Assembly (NCBI GenBank): GCA_964016885.1
Contig: OZ024743.1
Span: 196,478,001-196,542,000, forward strand
Source: Eledone cirrhosa
Taxonomy: Eukaryota
DNA length: 64,000 nt
Reading direction: 5' to 3'
Below the pieces are notes generated by a model. It did not search any database and had not been told where the DNA came from. It worked only from the letters and a program-made list of their open reading frames with translations. Below, in pieces: positions 32,401 to 49,200 of this stretch. A program made the translations under genes and the position numbers. Positions within the stretch are counted from its first letter, which is position 1. Each line of letters starts with the position of its first letter.

Positions 32401-35400
32401 AGATATATATAGAGAGAGAGAGATGGTAGAGAATAGATATATATATAGAGACAGATGGTAGAGAATAGACATATATAGAGAGAGAGATGGTTGAGAATAG
32501 ATATATATAGAGAGAGAGATGGTAGAGAATAGACATATATAGAGAGAGATGGTAGAGAATAGACATATATATATAGAGAGAGAGATGGTAGAGAATAGAT
32601 ATATATATAGAGGGAGAGATGGTAGAGAATAGACATATATATAGAGAAAGATGGTAGAGAAGAGACATATATATAGAGAGAGAGATGGTAGAGAATAGAC
32701 ATATATAGAGAGAGAGATGGTAGAGAATAGACATATATATAGAGAGAGAGAGATGGTAGAGAATAGACATATATATAGAGTGAGAGAGATGGTACAGGAT
32801 AGACATATATATATAGAGAGAGAATGATGGTAGAGAAGAGACATATATAGAGAGAGAGATGGTAGAGAATAGACATATATATAGAGAGAGATGGTAGAGA
32901 ATAGACATATATATAGAGAGAGATGGTAGAGAATAGATATATATAGAGAGATGGTAGAGAATAGACATATATAGAGTGAGAGATGGTTGAGAATAGATAT
33001 ATATAGAGAGATGGTAGAGAATAGACATATATATATAGAGAGAGAGATGGTAGAGAATAGACATATATAGAGAGAGATGGTAGAGAATAGACATATATAG
33101 AGAGAGATGGTAGAGAATAGATATATATAGAGAGAGAGAGACGGTAGAGATTAGATATTTATAGAGAGAGAGAGACGGTAGAGAATAGATATATATAGAG
33201 AGAGAAAGATGGTAGAGAATAGACATATATATAGAGAGAGATGGTAGAGAATAGACATATATTGAGAGAGAGATGGTAGAGAATAGATATATATAGAGAG
33301 AGAGATGGTAGAGAATAGACATTTATAGAGAGAGATGGTAGAGAATAGATATATATATAGAGAGAGAGATGGTAGAGAATAGATATATATAGAGAGAGAG
33401 AGATGGTAGACAATAGATATATATATAGAGAGAGAGATGGTAGATAATAGATATATATATAGAGAGAGAGATGGTAGACAATAGATATATATATAGAGAG
33501 AGAGATGGTAGAGAATAGATATAGATATAGAGAGAGAGAGATGGTAGACAATAGATATATATATAGAGAGAGAGATGGTAGAGAATAGATATATAAAGAG
33601 AGAGAGAGATGGTAGAGAATAGGTATATATAGAGAGAGATGGTAGAGAATAGACATATATATAGAGAGATGGTAGAGAATAGGTATATATAGGGAGAGAG
33701 ATGGTAGAGAATAGATATATATATAGAGAGAGAGAGATGGTAGAGAATAGATTTATATATAGAGAGAGAGATGGTAGAGAATAGACATATATAGAGAGAG
33801 ATGGTAGAGAATAGACATATATATAGAGAGATGGTAGAGAATAGACATATATATAGAGAGAGATGGTAGAGAATAGATATAGATATATAGAGAGATGGTA
33901 GAGAATAGATATATATAGATAGAGAGAGATGGTAGAGAATAAACATATATATAGAGAGATGGTAGAGAATAGATATATATAGAGAGAGATGGTAGAGAAT
34001 AGACATATCGAGAGAGAGAGATGGTAGAGAATAGATATATATAGAGAGACAGATGGTAGAGAATAGACATATATAGAGAGAGAGATGGTAGAGAATAGAT
34101 ATATATAGAGAGAGATGGTAGAGAATAGATATATATAGAGATGGTAGAGAATAGGTATATATATAGAGAGAGATGGTAGAGAATATACATATATAGAGAG
34201 AGATGGTAGAGAATAGACATATATATAGAAAGAGATGGTAGAGAATAGATATATATAGAGAGAAAGATGGTAGAGAATAGATATATATATATATAGAGAG
34301 AGAGAGATGGTAGAGAATAGTTATATATAGAGAGAGATGGTAGAGAATAGACATATCTAGAGAGAGATGGTAGAGAATAGACATATCTAGAGAGAGATGG
34401 TAGAGAATAGACATATCTAGAGAGAGATGGTAGAGAATAGATATATATAGAGAGAGAGATGGTAGAGAATAGATATATATAGAGAGAGAAAAATGGTAGA
34501 GAATAGACATATATATATAGAGAGAGAGATGGTAGAGAATAGACATATATAGAGAGAGATGGTAGAGAATAAATATATATAGAGAGAGATGGTAGAGAAT
34601 AGATATATATAGAGATGGTAGAGAATAGGTATATATATAGAGAGAGATGGTAGAGAATTGACATATATATAGAGAGAGATGGTTGAGAATAGATATATAT
34701 AGAGAGAGATGGTAGAGAATAGACATATATAGAGAGAGAGATGGTAGAGAATAGATATATAGAGAGAGAGATGGTAGAGAATAGATATATATATAGAGAG
34801 AGATGGTTGAGAATAGATATATATAGAGAGAGATGGTAGAGAATAGACATATATAGAGAGAGATGGTAGAGAATAGATATATATATAGAGAGATAGATGG
34901 TAGAAAATAGACATATATAGGGAGAGAGATGGTAGAGAATAGATATATAGAGAGAGAGATGGTAGAGAATAGATATATATAGAGAGAGAGATGGTAGAGA
35001 ATAGACATAAATATATATAGAGAGGGATGGTACAGAATAAACATATATAGAGAGAGAGAGATGGTAGAGAATAGATATATATAGAGAGAGAGAGATGGTA
35101 GACAATAGATATATATAGAGAGAGAGATGGTAGTGAATACATATATATATATATAGAGAGAGATGGTAGAGAATAGACATATATGTAGAGAGAGAGAGAT
35201 GGTAGAGAATAGATATATATATAGAGAGAGAGATGGTAGATAATAGATATATATAGAGAGAGATGGTAGAGAATAGACATATATATATAGAGAGAGAGAT
35301 GGTAGAGAATAGATATATATATATAGAGAGAGATGGTAGAGAATAGACATATATGTAGAGAGAGAGAGATGGTAGAGAATAGATATATATAGAGAGAGAG

Positions 35401-38400
35401 AGATGGTGGAGAATAGATATATATATATAGAGAGAGAGATGGTAGAGAATAGATATACATAGAGAGAGAGAGATGGTAGAGAATAGACATATATATAGAG
35501 AGAGATGGTAGAGAATAGACATATATATAGAGAGAGATGGTTGAGAATAGATATATATAGAGAGAGAGATGGTAGAGAATAGACATATATAGAGAGAGAT
35601 GGTAGAGAATAGACATATATATATAGAGAGAGAGATGGTAGAGAATAGATATATATATAGAGGGAGAGATGGTAGAGAATAGACATATATATAGAGAAAG
35701 ATGGTAGAGAAGAGACATATATATATAGAGAGAGGTGGTAGAGAATAGACATATATAGAGAGAGAGATGGTAGAGAATAGACATATATATAGAGAGAGAG
35801 AGATGGTAGAGAATAGACATATATATATAGAGAGAGAGATGGTACAGGATAGACATATATATAGAGAGAGAGAGATGGTAGAGAAGAGACATATATAGAG
35901 AGAGAGATGGTAGAGAATAGACATACATATAGAGAGAGATGGTAGAGAATAGACATATATATAGAGAGAGATGGTAGAGAATAGATATATATAGAGAGAT
36001 GGTAGAGAATAGACATATATAGAGTGAGAGATGGTTGAGAATAGATATATATAGAGAGATGGTAGAGAATAGACATATATATATAGAGAGAGAGATGGTA
36101 GAGAATAGACATATATAGAGAGAGATGGTAGAGAATAGACATATATAGAGAGAGATGGTAGACAATAGATATATATAGAGAGAGAGATGGTAGAGAATAC
36201 ATATATATATATAGAGAGAGAGATGGTAGAGAATAGACATATATGTAGAGAGAGAGAGATGGTAGAGAATAGATATATATATAGAGAGAGATATGGTAGA
36301 GAATAGATATATATATAGAGAGAGAGATGGTAGATAATAGATATATATAGAGAGAGATGGTAGAGAATAGACATATATAGAGAGAGATGGTAGAGAATAG
36401 ATATATATATAGAGAGAGAGATGGTAGAGAATAGATATTTATAGAGAGAGAGAGATGCTAGAGAATAGATATATATATAGAGAGAGATGGTAGAGAATAG
36501 ATATAGAGAGAGATGGTAGAGAATAGATATATATAGAGAGAGAAAGATGGTAGAGAATAGACATATATATAGAGAGAGATGGTAGAGAATAGACATATAT
36601 TGAGAGAGAGATGGTAGAGAATAGATATATATAGAGAGAGAGATGGTAGAGAATAGACATTTATAGAGAGAGATGGTAGAGAATAGATATATATATATAG
36701 AGAGAGATGGTAGAGAATAGATATATATATAGAGAGAGAGATGGTAGACAATAGATATATATATAGAGAGAGAGATGGTAGACAATAGATATATATATAG
36801 AGAGAGAGATGGTAGAGAATAGATATAGATATAGGGAGAGAGAGATGGTAGACAATAGATATATATATAGAGAGAGAGATGGTAGAGAATAGATATATAA
36901 AAAGAGAGAGAGATGGTAGAGAATAGGTATATATAGAGAGAGATGGTAGAGAATAGACATATATATAGAGAGATGGTAGAGAATAGGTATATATAGGGAG
37001 AGAGATGGTAGAGAATAGATATATATAGAGAGAGAGATGGTAGAGAATAGACATAAATATATATAGAGAGGGATGGTAGAGAATAAACATATATAGAGAG
37101 AGAGAGATGGTAGAGAATAGATATATATAGAGAGAGAGAGATGGTAGACAATAGATATATATAGAGAGAGAGATGGTAGAGAATAGATATATATATAGAG
37201 AGAGAGATGGTAGAGAATAGATATATATAGAGAGAGAGAGATGGTAGACAATAGATATATATATAGAGAGAGAGATGGTAGATAATAGATATATATATAG
37301 AGAGAGAGATGGTAGACAATAGATATATATATAGAGAGAGAGATGGTAGAGAATAGATATAGATATAGAGAGAGAGAGATGGTAGACAATAGATATATAT
37401 ATAGAGAGAGAGATGGTAGAGAATAGATATATAAAGAGAGAGAGAGATGGTAGAGAATAGATATATATAGAGAGAGAGAGATGGTAGAGAATAGATATAT
37501 ATATAGAGAGAGAGAGATGGTAGAGAATAGATATACATAGAGAGAGAGAGATGGTAGAGAATAGACATATATATAGAGAGAGATGGTAGAGAATAGACAT
37601 ATATAGAGAGAGAGATGGTTGAGAATAGATATATATAGAGAGAGAGATGGTAGAGAATAGACATATATAGAGAGAGATGGTAGAGAATAGACATATATAT
37701 ATAGAGAGAGAGATGGTAGAGAATAGATATATATATAGAGGGAGAGATGGTAGAGAATAGACATATATATAGAGAAAGATGGTAGAGAAGAGACATATAT
37801 ATATAGAGAGAGGTGGTAGAGAATAGACATATATAGAGAGAGAGATGGTAGAGAATAGACATATATATAGAGAGAGAGAGATGGTAGAGAATAGACATAT
37901 ATATATAGAGAGAGAGATGGTAGAGAATAGACATATATAGAGAGAGATGGTAGAGAATAGACATATATAGAGAGAGATGGTAGAGAATAGATATATATAG
38001 AGAGAGAGAGATGGTAGAGAATAGATATTTATAGAGAGAGAGAGATGCTAGAGAATAGATATATATATAGAGAGAGATGGTAGAGAATAGATATAGAGAG
38101 AGATGGTAGAGAATAGATATATATAGAGAGAGAAAGATGGTAGAGAATAGACATATATATAGAGAGATGGTAGAGAATAGACATATATTGAGAGAGAGAT
38201 GGTAGAGAATAGATATATATAGAGAGAGAGATGGTAGAGAATAGACATTTATAGAGAGAGATGGTAGAGAATAGATATATATAGAGAGAGAGAGATGGTA
38301 GAGAATAGATATATATATAGAGAGAGAGATGGTAGACAATAGATATATATAGAGAGAGAGAGATGGTAGAGAATAGATATATAAAAAGAGAGAGAGATGG

Positions 38401-41400
38401 TAGAGAATAGGTATATATAGAGAGAGATGGTAGAGAATAGACATATATATAGAGAGATGGTAGAGAATAGGTATATATAGGGAGAGAGATGGTAGAGAAT
38501 AGATATATATATAGAGAGAGAGAGATGGTAGAGAATAGATTTATATATAGAGAGAGAGATGGTAGAGAATAAACATATATAGAGAGAGATGGTAGAGAAT
38601 AGACATATATATAGAGAGATGGTAGAGAATAGATATATATAGAGAGATGGTAGAGAATAGACATATATATAGAGAGAGATGGTAGAGAATAGATATATAT
38701 AGAGATGGTAGAGAATAGGTATATATATAGAGAGAGATGGTAGAGAATATACATATATAGAGAGAGATGGTAGAGAATAGACATATATATAGAGAGAGAT
38801 GGTAGAGAATAGATATATATAGAGAGAGAGATGGTAGAGAATAGATAGATATATATAGAGAGAGAGATGGTAGAGAATAGTTATATATAGAGAGAGATGG
38901 TAGAGAATAGACATATCTAGAGAGAGATGGTAGAGAATAGACATATCTGGAGAGAGATGGTAGAGAATAGACATATATAGAGAGAGAGATGGTAGAGAAT
39001 AGATATATAGAGAGAGAGATGGTAGAGAATAGATATATATAGAGAGAGAGATGGTTGAGAATAGATATATATAGAGAGAGATGGTAGAGAATAGACATAT
39101 ATAGAGAGAGATGGTAGAGAATAGATATATATATATAGAGAGAGATGGTAGAGAATAGACATATATAGGGAGAGAGATGGTAGAGAATAGATATATAGAG
39201 AGAGAGATGGTAGAGAATAGATATATATAGAGAGAGAGATGGTAGAGAATAGACATAAATATATATAGAGAGGGATGGTAGAGAATAAACATATATAGAG
39301 AGAGAGAGATGGTAGAGAATAGATATATATAGAGAGAGAGAGATGGTAGACAATAGAGATATATAGAGAGAGAGATGGTAGAGAATAGATAGATATATAT
39401 AGAGAGAGAGATGGTAGAGAATAGACATATATGTAGAGAGAGAGAGATGGTAGAGAATAGATATATATATAGAGAGAGAGATGGTAGAGAATAGATATAT
39501 ATATAGAGAGAGAGATGGTAGAGAATAGATATATATAGAGAGAGATGGTAGAGAATAGACATATATATATAGAGAGTGAGATGGTAGAGAATAGATATAT
39601 ATATATAGAGAGAGATGGTAGAGAATAGACATATATGTAGAGAGAGAGAGATGGTAGAGAATAGATATATATAGAGAGAGAGAAGGTAGAGAATAGATAT
39701 ATATAGAGAGATGGTAGAGAATAGATATATATATAGAGAGAGAGAGATGGTAGAGAATAGATATATACAGAGAGAGAGATGGTAGAGAATAGAAATATAT
39801 AGAGAGAGAGATGGTAGAGAATAGAAATATATAGAGAGAGAGATGGTAGAGAATAGACATATATAGAGAGAGATGGTAGAGAATAGATATATATAGATAG
39901 AGAGAGATGGTAGAGAATAGCCATATATAGAGAGAGAGAGATGGTAGAGAATAGACATATATAGAGAGAGAGATGGTAGAGAATAGACATATATATATAG
40001 AGAGAGAGATGGTAGAGAATAGATATATATAGATAGAGAGAGATGGTAGAGAATAGATATATATATATAGAGAGAGATGGTAGAGAATAGATATATATAG
40101 AGAGAGATGGTAGAGAATAGACATATATAGAGAGAGATGGTAGAGAATAGATATATATAGATAGAGAGAGATGGTAGAGAATAGATATATATATAGAGAG
40201 AGAGATGGTAGAGAATAGACATATCTAGAGAGAGATGGTAGAGAATATACATATATATAGAGAGATGGTAGAGAATAGACATATATAGAGAGAGAGATGA
40301 TAGAGAATAGATATATATAGAGAGATGGTAGAGAATAGACATATATATAGAGAGAGATGGTAGAGAATAGATATAGATATATAGAGAGATGGTAGAGAAT
40401 AGACATATATATAGAGAGAGATGGTAGAGAATAGATATATATATAGAGAGAGAGAGATGGTAGAGAATAGACATATATATAGAGAGAGATGGTAGAGAAT
40501 AGATATATATATATAGAGAGATGGTAGAGAATAGATATATATAGATAGAGAGAGATGGTAGAGAATAAACATATATATAGAGAGATGGTAGAGAATAGAT
40601 ATATATAGAGAGAGATGGTAGAGAATAGACATATCGAGAGAGAGAGATGGTAGAGAATAGATATATATAGAGAGAGATGGTAGAGAATAGACATATATAT
40701 AGAGAGAGAGATGGTAGAGAATAGATATATATAGAGAGAGAGATGGTAGAGAATAGATATATATATATAGAGAGAGAGATGGTAGAGAATAGTTATATAT
40801 AGAGAGAGATGGTAGAGAATAGACATATCTAGAGAGAGATGGTAGAGAATAGACATATCTAGAGAGAGATGGTAGAGAATAGATATATATAGAGAGAGAG
40901 ATGGTAGAGAATAGATATATATAGAGAGAGAAAAATGGTAGAGAATAGACATATATATAGAGAGAGAGAGATGGTAGAGAATAGACATATATAGAGAGAG
41001 ATGGTAGAGAATAGATATATATAGAGAGAGATGGTAGAGAATAGATATATATAGAGATGTTAGAGAATAGGTATATATATAGAGAGAGATGGTAGAGAAT
41101 AGACATATATATAGAGAGAGATGGTTGAGAATAGATATATATAGAGAGAGATGGTAGAGAATAGACATATATAGAGAGAGAGATGGTAGAGAATAGATAT
41201 ATAGAGAGAGAGATGGTAGAGAATAGATATATGTATAGAGAGAGATGGTTGAGAATAGATATATATAGAGAGAGATGGTAGAGATTAGACATATATAGAG
41301 AGAGATGGTAGAGAATAGATATATATATATAGAGAGAGATGGTAGAGAATAGACATATATAGGGACAGAGATGGTAGAGAATAGATATATTGAGAGAGAG

Positions 41401-44400
41401 ATGGTAGAGAATAGATATATATAGAGAGAGATGGTAGAGAATAGATATATATAGAGAGAGAGATGGTTGAGAATAGATATATATAGAGAGAGATGGTAGA
41501 GAATAGACATATATAGAGAGAGATGGTAGAGAATAGATATATATATATAGAGAGAGATGGTAGAGAATAGACATATATAGGGAGAGAGATGGTAGAGAAT
41601 AGATATATAGAGAGAGAGATGGTAGAGAATAGATATATATAGAGAGAGAGATGGTAGAGAATAGACATAAATATATATAGAGAGGGATGGTAGAGAATAA
41701 ACATATATAGAGAGAGAGAGATGGTAGAGAATAGATATATATAGAGAGAGAGAGATGGTAGACAATAGAGATATATAGAGAGAGAGATGGTAGAGAATAG
41801 ATAGATATATATAGAGAGAGAGATGGTAGAGAATAGACATATATGTAGAGAGAGAGAGATGGTAGAGAATAGATATATATATAGAGAGAGAGATGGTAGA
41901 GAATAGATATATATATAGAGAGAGAGATGGTAGAGAATAGATATATATAGAGAGAGATGGTAGAGAATAGACATATATATATAGAGAGTGAGATGGTAGA
42001 GAATAGATATATATATATAGAGAGAGATGGTAGAGAATAGACATATATGTAGAGAGAGAGAGATGGTAGAGAATAGATATATATAGAGAGAGAGAAGGTA
42101 GAGAATAGATATATATAGAGAGATGGTAGAGAATAGATATATATATAGAGAGAGAGAGATGGTAGAGAATAGATATATACAGAGAGAGAGATGGTAGAGA
42201 ATAGAAATATATAGAGAGAGAGATGGTAGAGAATAGAAATATATAGAGAGAGAGATGGTAGAGAATAGACATATATAGAGAGAGATGGTAGAGAATAGAT
42301 ATATATAGATAGAGAGAGATGGTAGAGAATAGCCATATATAGAGAGAGAGAGATGGTAGAGAATAGACATATATAGAGAGAGAGATGGTAGAGAATAGAC
42401 ATATATATATAGAGAGAGAGATGGTAGAGAATAGATATATATAGATAGAGAGAGATGGTAGAGAATAGATATATATATATAGAGAGAGATGGTAGAGAAT
42501 AGATATATATAGAGAGAGATGGTAGAGAATAGACATATATAGAGAGAGATGGTAGAGAATAGATATATATAGATAGAGAGAGATGGTAGAGAATAGATAT
42601 ATATATAGAGAGAGAGATGGTAGAGAATAGACATATCTAGAGAGAGATGGTAGAGAATATACATATATATAGAGAGATGGTAGAGAATAGACATATATAG
42701 AGAGAGAGATGATAGAGAATAGATATATATAGAGAGATGGTAGAGAATAGACATATATATAGAGAGAGATGGTAGAGAATAGATATAGATATATAGAGAG
42801 ATGGTAGAGAATAGACATATATATAGAGAGAGATGGTAGAGAATAGATATATATATAGAGAGAGAGAGATGGTAGAGAATAGACATATATATAGAGAGAG
42901 ATGGTAGAGAATAGATATATATATATAGAGAGATGGTAGAGAATAGATATATATAGATAGAGAGAGATGGTAGAGAATAAACATATATATAGAGAGATGG
43001 TAGAGAATAGATATATATAGAGAGAGATGGTAGAGAATAGACATATCGAGAGAGAGAGATGGTAGAGAATAGATATATATAGAGAGAGATGGTAGAGAAT
43101 AGACATATATATAGAGAGAGAGATGGTAGAGAATAGATATATATAGAGAGAGAGATGGTAGAGAATAGATATATATATATAGAGAGAGAGATGGTAGAGA
43201 ATAGTTATATATAGAGAGAGATGGTAGAGAATAGACATATCTAGAGAGAGATGGTAGAGAATAGACATATCTAGAGAGAGATGGTAGAGAATAGATATAT
43301 ATAGAGAGAGAGATGGTAGAGAATAGATATATATAGAGAGAGAAAAATGGTAGAGAATAGACATATATATAGAGAGAGAGAGATGGTAGAGAATAGACAT
43401 ATATAGAGAGAGATGGTAGAGAATAGATATATATAGAGAGAGATGGTAGAGAATAGATATATATAGAGATGTTAGAGAATAGGTATATATATAGAGAGAG
43501 ATGGTAGAGAATAGACATATATATAGAGAGAGATGGTTGAGAATAGATATATATAGAGAGAGATGGTAGAGAATAGACATATATAGAGAGAGAGATGGTA
43601 GAGAATAGATATATAGAGAGAGAGATGGTAGAGAATAGATATATGTATAGAGAGAGATGGTTGAGAATAGATATATATAGAGAGAGATGGTAGAGATTAG
43701 ACATATATAGAGAGAGATGGTAGAGAATAGATATATATATATAGAGAGAGATGGTAGAGAATAGACATATATAGGGACAGAGATGGTAGAGAATAGATAT
43801 ATTGAGAGAGAGATGGTAGAGAATAGATATATATAGAGAGCGAGATGGTAGAGAATAGACATAAATATATATAGAGAGGGATGGTAGAGAATAAACATAT
43901 ATAGAGAGAGAGAGATGGTAGAGAATAGATATATATAGAGAGAGAGAGATGGTAGACAATAGAGATATATAGAGAGAGAGATGGTAGAGAATAGATAGAT
44001 ATATATAGAGAGAGAGATGGTAGAGAATAGACATATATGTAGAGAGAGAGAGATGGTAGAGAATAGATATATATATATAGAGAGAGATGGTAGAGAATAG
44101 ATATATATATAGAGAGAGAGATGGTAGAGAATAGATATATATAGAGAGAGATGGTAGAGAATAGACATATATATATAGAGAGAGAGATGGTAGAGAATAG
44201 ATATATATATATAGAGAGAGAGATGGTAGAGAATAGATATATATATAGAGAGAGAGATGGTAGAGAATAGATATATATATATAGAGAGAGAGATGGTAGA
44301 GAATAGATATATATATAGAGAGAGAGATGGTAGAGAATAGACATATATATAGAGAGAGAGATGGTAGAGAATAGATATATATATATAGAGAGAGAGATGG

Positions 44401-45868
44401 TAGAGAATAGATATACATAGAGAGAGAGAGATGGTAGAGAATAGACATATATATAGAGAGATGGTAAAGAATAGACATATATAAAGAGAGATGGTAGAGA
44501 ATAGACATATATATAGAGAGAGATGGTAGAGAATAGACATATATAGAGAGAGATGGTAGAGAATAGATATATATAGAGAGAGAGATGGTAGAGAATAGAT
44601 ATATATATAGAGAGAGATGGTAGAGAATAGACATATATAGAGAGAGAGATGGTTGAGAATAGATATATATAGAGAGAGAGATGGTAGAGAATAGACATAT
44701 ATAGAGAGAGATGGTAGAGAATAGACATATATATAGAGAGAGAGAGATGGTAGAAAATATATATATATATAGAGGTAGAGATGGTAGAGAATAGACATAT
44801 ATATAGAGAAAGATGGTAGAGAAGAGACATATATATAGAGAGAGAGATGGTAGAGAATGGACATATATAGAGAGAGAGATGGTAGAGAATAGACATATAT
44901 ATAGAGAGAGATGGTAGAGAATAGATATATATAGAGAGATGGTAGAGAATAGACATATATATATAGAGAGAGAGATGGTAGAGAATAGACATATATAGAG
45001 AGAGATGGTAGAGAATAGACATATATAGAGAGAGATGGTAGAGAATAGATATATATATAGAGAGAGAGATGGTAGAGAATAGATATTTATAGAGAGAGAG
45101 AGATGCTAGAGAATAGATATATATATATAGAGAGAGATGGTAGAGAATAGACATATATAGAGAGAGAGATGGTAGAGAATAGATATATATAGAGATGGTA
45201 AGAATAGGTATATATATAGAGAGAGATGCTAGAGAATAGACATATATAGAGAGAGAGATGGTTGAGAATAGACATATATAGAGAGATGGTAGAGAATAGA
45301 TATATATATATAGAGAGAGAGATGGTAGAGAATAGACATATATATAGAGAGAGATGGTAGAGAATAGATATATATATAGAGAGAGATGGTAGAGAATAGA
45401 TATATATAGAGAGATGGTAGAGAATAGACATATATAGAGTGAGAGATGGTTGAGAATAGATATATATAGAGAGAGTTGGTAGAGAATAGACATATATATA
45501 TAGAGAGAGAGATGGTAGAGGATAGACATATATATATAGAGAGAGAGATGGTAGAGAATAGATATATATAGAGAGAGAGAAGGTAGAGAATAGATATATA
45601 TAGAGAGATGGTAGAGAATAGATATATATATAGAGAGAGAGAGATGGTAGAGAATAGATATATACAGAGAGAGAGATGGTAGAGAATAGAAATATATAGA
45701 GAGAGAGATGGTAGAGAATAGAAATATATAGAGAGAGAGATGGTAGACAATAGATATATATATAGAGAGAGAGATGGTAGAGAATAGACATATATAGAGA
45801 GAGAGAGATGGTAGAGAATAGACATATATATATAGAGAGAGAGATGGTAGAGAATAGATATATATATA

Positions 45869-46247
45869 TTTCTTTTATTTGCCACTAGGGCATCAAAAGT
45901 GGGACAAGTACAAAGGGGGGAGTTTACACAAAAAGGCGTCCTCAATAAGGAGGAGGCAATAACAAAATATAAAAATAAAATAAGATATAACAAAAAATAA
46001 AATTTTTAACAAAATCCTCAATAGAGAGGAGGCGCCTTGGGGGGTCGCACACACCCCCGAAAAAAGTGTGCAACCCTTCTCCTCAGGAGCACAGAGAAGG
46101 GGTGCTCCCTTGGTCTTTCATCTTCCTCACCTATAGTCTGATGTAGAGTGAAGGCCCATTCACACGGGCCATTCTCGCCACTTTCACCCATCTTTCATAG
46201 AAACGGCTGGGGTGCAGCACCTCTCTCTCCATCCTGATCCTTCTTCC
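45869..46247 (-). mobile_element. 5'-truncated Tx1/L1-clade LINE (ORF2 end + 3'UTR), copy A1
   Basis: GRRIRMEREVLHPSRFYERWVKVARMARVNGPSLYIRL* plus 3'UTR ending GTGGCAAATAAAAGAAA; homologous to 58148-58499; AGATATATATA on both sides (TSD-like). Confidence 0.9.
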
Positions 46248-49200
46248 AGATATATATAGATAGAGAGAGATGGTAGAGAATAGCCATATATAGAGAGAGA
46301 GAGATGGTAGAGAATAGACATATATAGAGAGAGAGATGGTAGAGAATAGACATATATATATAGAGAGAGAGATGGTAGAGAATAGATATATATAGATAGA
46401 GAGAGATGGTAGAGAATATATATATATATAGAGAGAGAGATGGTAGAGAATAGATATATAGAGAGAGATGGTAGAGAATAGACATATATAGAGAGAGATG
46501 GTAGAGAATAGATATATATAGATAGAGAGAGATGGTAGAGAATAGATATATATATAGAGAGAGAGATGGTAGAGAATAGACATATCTAGAGAGAGATGGT
46601 AGAGAATATACATATATATAGAGAGATGGTAGAGAATAGACATATATAGAGAGAGAGATGATAGAGAATAGATATATATAGAGAGAGATGGTAGAGAATA
46701 GACATATATATAGAGAGAGATGGTAGAGAATAGATATAGATATATAGAGAGATGGTAGAGAATAGACATATATATAGAGAGAGATGGTAGAGAATAGATA
46801 TATATATATAGAGAGAGAGATGGTAGAGAATAGACATATATATAGAGAGAGATGGTAGAGAATAGATATATATATAGAGAGAGATGGTAGAGAATAGATA
46901 TATATAGATAGAGAGAGATGGTAGAGAATAGATATATATATAGAGAGAGATGGTAGAGAATAGACATATAGAGAGAGAGAGATGGTAGAGAATAGATATA
47001 TATAGAGAGACAGATGGTAGAGAATAGACATATATAGAGAGAGATGGTAGAGAATAGATATATATAGAGAGAGATGGTAGAGAATAGATATATATAGAGA
47101 TGGTAGAGAATAGGTATATATATAGAGAGAGATGGTAGAGAATATACATATATAGAGAGAGATGGTAGAGAATAGACATATATATAGAGAGAGATGGTAG
47201 AGAATAGATATATATAGAGAGAGAGATGGTAGAGAATAGATATATATATAGAGAGAGAGAGAGATGGTAGAGAATAGTTATATATAGAGAGAGATAGTAG
47301 AGAATAGACATATCTAGGGAGAGATGGTAGAGAATAGACATATCTAGAGAGAGATGGTAGAGAATAGACATATCTAGAGAGAGATTGTAGAGAATAGATA
47401 TATATAGAGAGAGAGATGGTAGAGAATAGATATATATAGAGAGAGAAAAATGGTAGAGAATAGACATATATATATATAGAGAGAGATGGTAGAGAATAGA
47501 TATATAAAGAGAGAGAGAGATGGTAGAGAATAGACATATATATAGAGAGATGGTAGAGAATAGACATATATATAGAGAGATGGTAGGGAATAGGTATATA
47601 TAGGGAGAGAGATGGTAGAGAATAGATATATATATATAGAGAGAGAGATGGTAGAGAATAGATTTATATATAGAGAGAGAGATGGTAGACAATAGATATA
47701 TATAGAGAGAGATGGTAGAGAATAGACATATATATATAGAGAGAGATGGTAGAGAATAGATACAGAGAGAGATGGTAGAGAATCGACATATAGAGAAAGA
47801 GATGGTAGAGAATAGATACCGAGAGAGATGGTAGAGAATCGACTTATATATAGAGAGAGAGATGGTAGAGAATAGATATATATATAGAGAGAGAGATGGT
47901 AGACAATAGATATATATAGAGAGAGATGGTAGAGAATAGATACAGAGAGAGATGGTAGAGAATCGACATATAGAGAAAGAGATGGTAGAGAATAGATACA
48001 GAGAGAGATGGTAGAGAATCGACTTATATATAGAGAGAGAGATGGTAGAGAATAGATATATATATAGAGAGAGAGATGGTAGAGAATAGACCTATATAGA
48101 GAGAGATGGTAGAGAATAGACATATATATAGAGAGATGGTAGAGAATAGATATAGATATATAGAGAGATGGTAGAGAATAGACATATATATAGAGAGAGA
48201 TGGTAGAGAATAGATATATATATAGAGAGAGAGAGATGGTAGAGAATAGACATATATATAGAGAGAGATGGTAGAGAATAGATATATATATATAGAGAGA
48301 TGGTAGAGAATAGATATATATAGATAGAGAGAGATGGTAGAGAATAAACATATATATAGAGAGATGGTAGAGAATAGATATATATAGAGAGAGATGGTAG
48401 AGAATAGACATATCGAGAGAGAGAGATGGTAGAGAATAGATATATATAGAGAGACAGATGGTAGAGAATAGACATATATAGAGAGAGAGATGGTAGAGAA
48501 TAGATATATATAGAGATGGTAGAGAATAGGTATATATATACAGAGAGATGGTAGAGAATATACATATATAGAGAGAGATGGTAGAGAATAGACATATATA
48601 TAGAGAGAGATGGTAGAGAATAGATATATATAGAGAGAGAGATGGTAGAGAATAGATATATATATATAGAGAGAGAGATGGTAGAGAATAGTTATATATA
48701 GAGAGAGATGGTAGAGAATAGACATATCTAGAGAGAGATGGTAGAGAATAGACATATCTAGAGAGAGATGGTAGAGAATAGATATATATAGAGAGAGAGA
48801 TGGTAGAGAATAGATATATATAGAGAGAGAAAAATGGTAGAGAATAGACATATATATATAGAGAGAGAGATGGTAGAGAATAGACATATATAGAGAGAGA
48901 TGATAGAGAATAGATATATATAGAGAGAGATGGTAGAGAATAGATATATATAGAGATGGTAGAGAATAGGTATATATATAGAGAGAGATGGTAGAGAATA
49001 GACATATATATAGAGAGAGATGGTTGAGAATAGATATATATAGAGAGAGATGGTAGAGAATAGACATATATAGAGAGAGAGATGGTAGAGAATAGATATA
49101 TAGAGAGAGAGATGGTAGAGAATAGATATATATAGAGAGAGAGATGGTTGAGAATAGATATATATAGAGAGAGATGGTAGAGAATAGACATATATAGAGA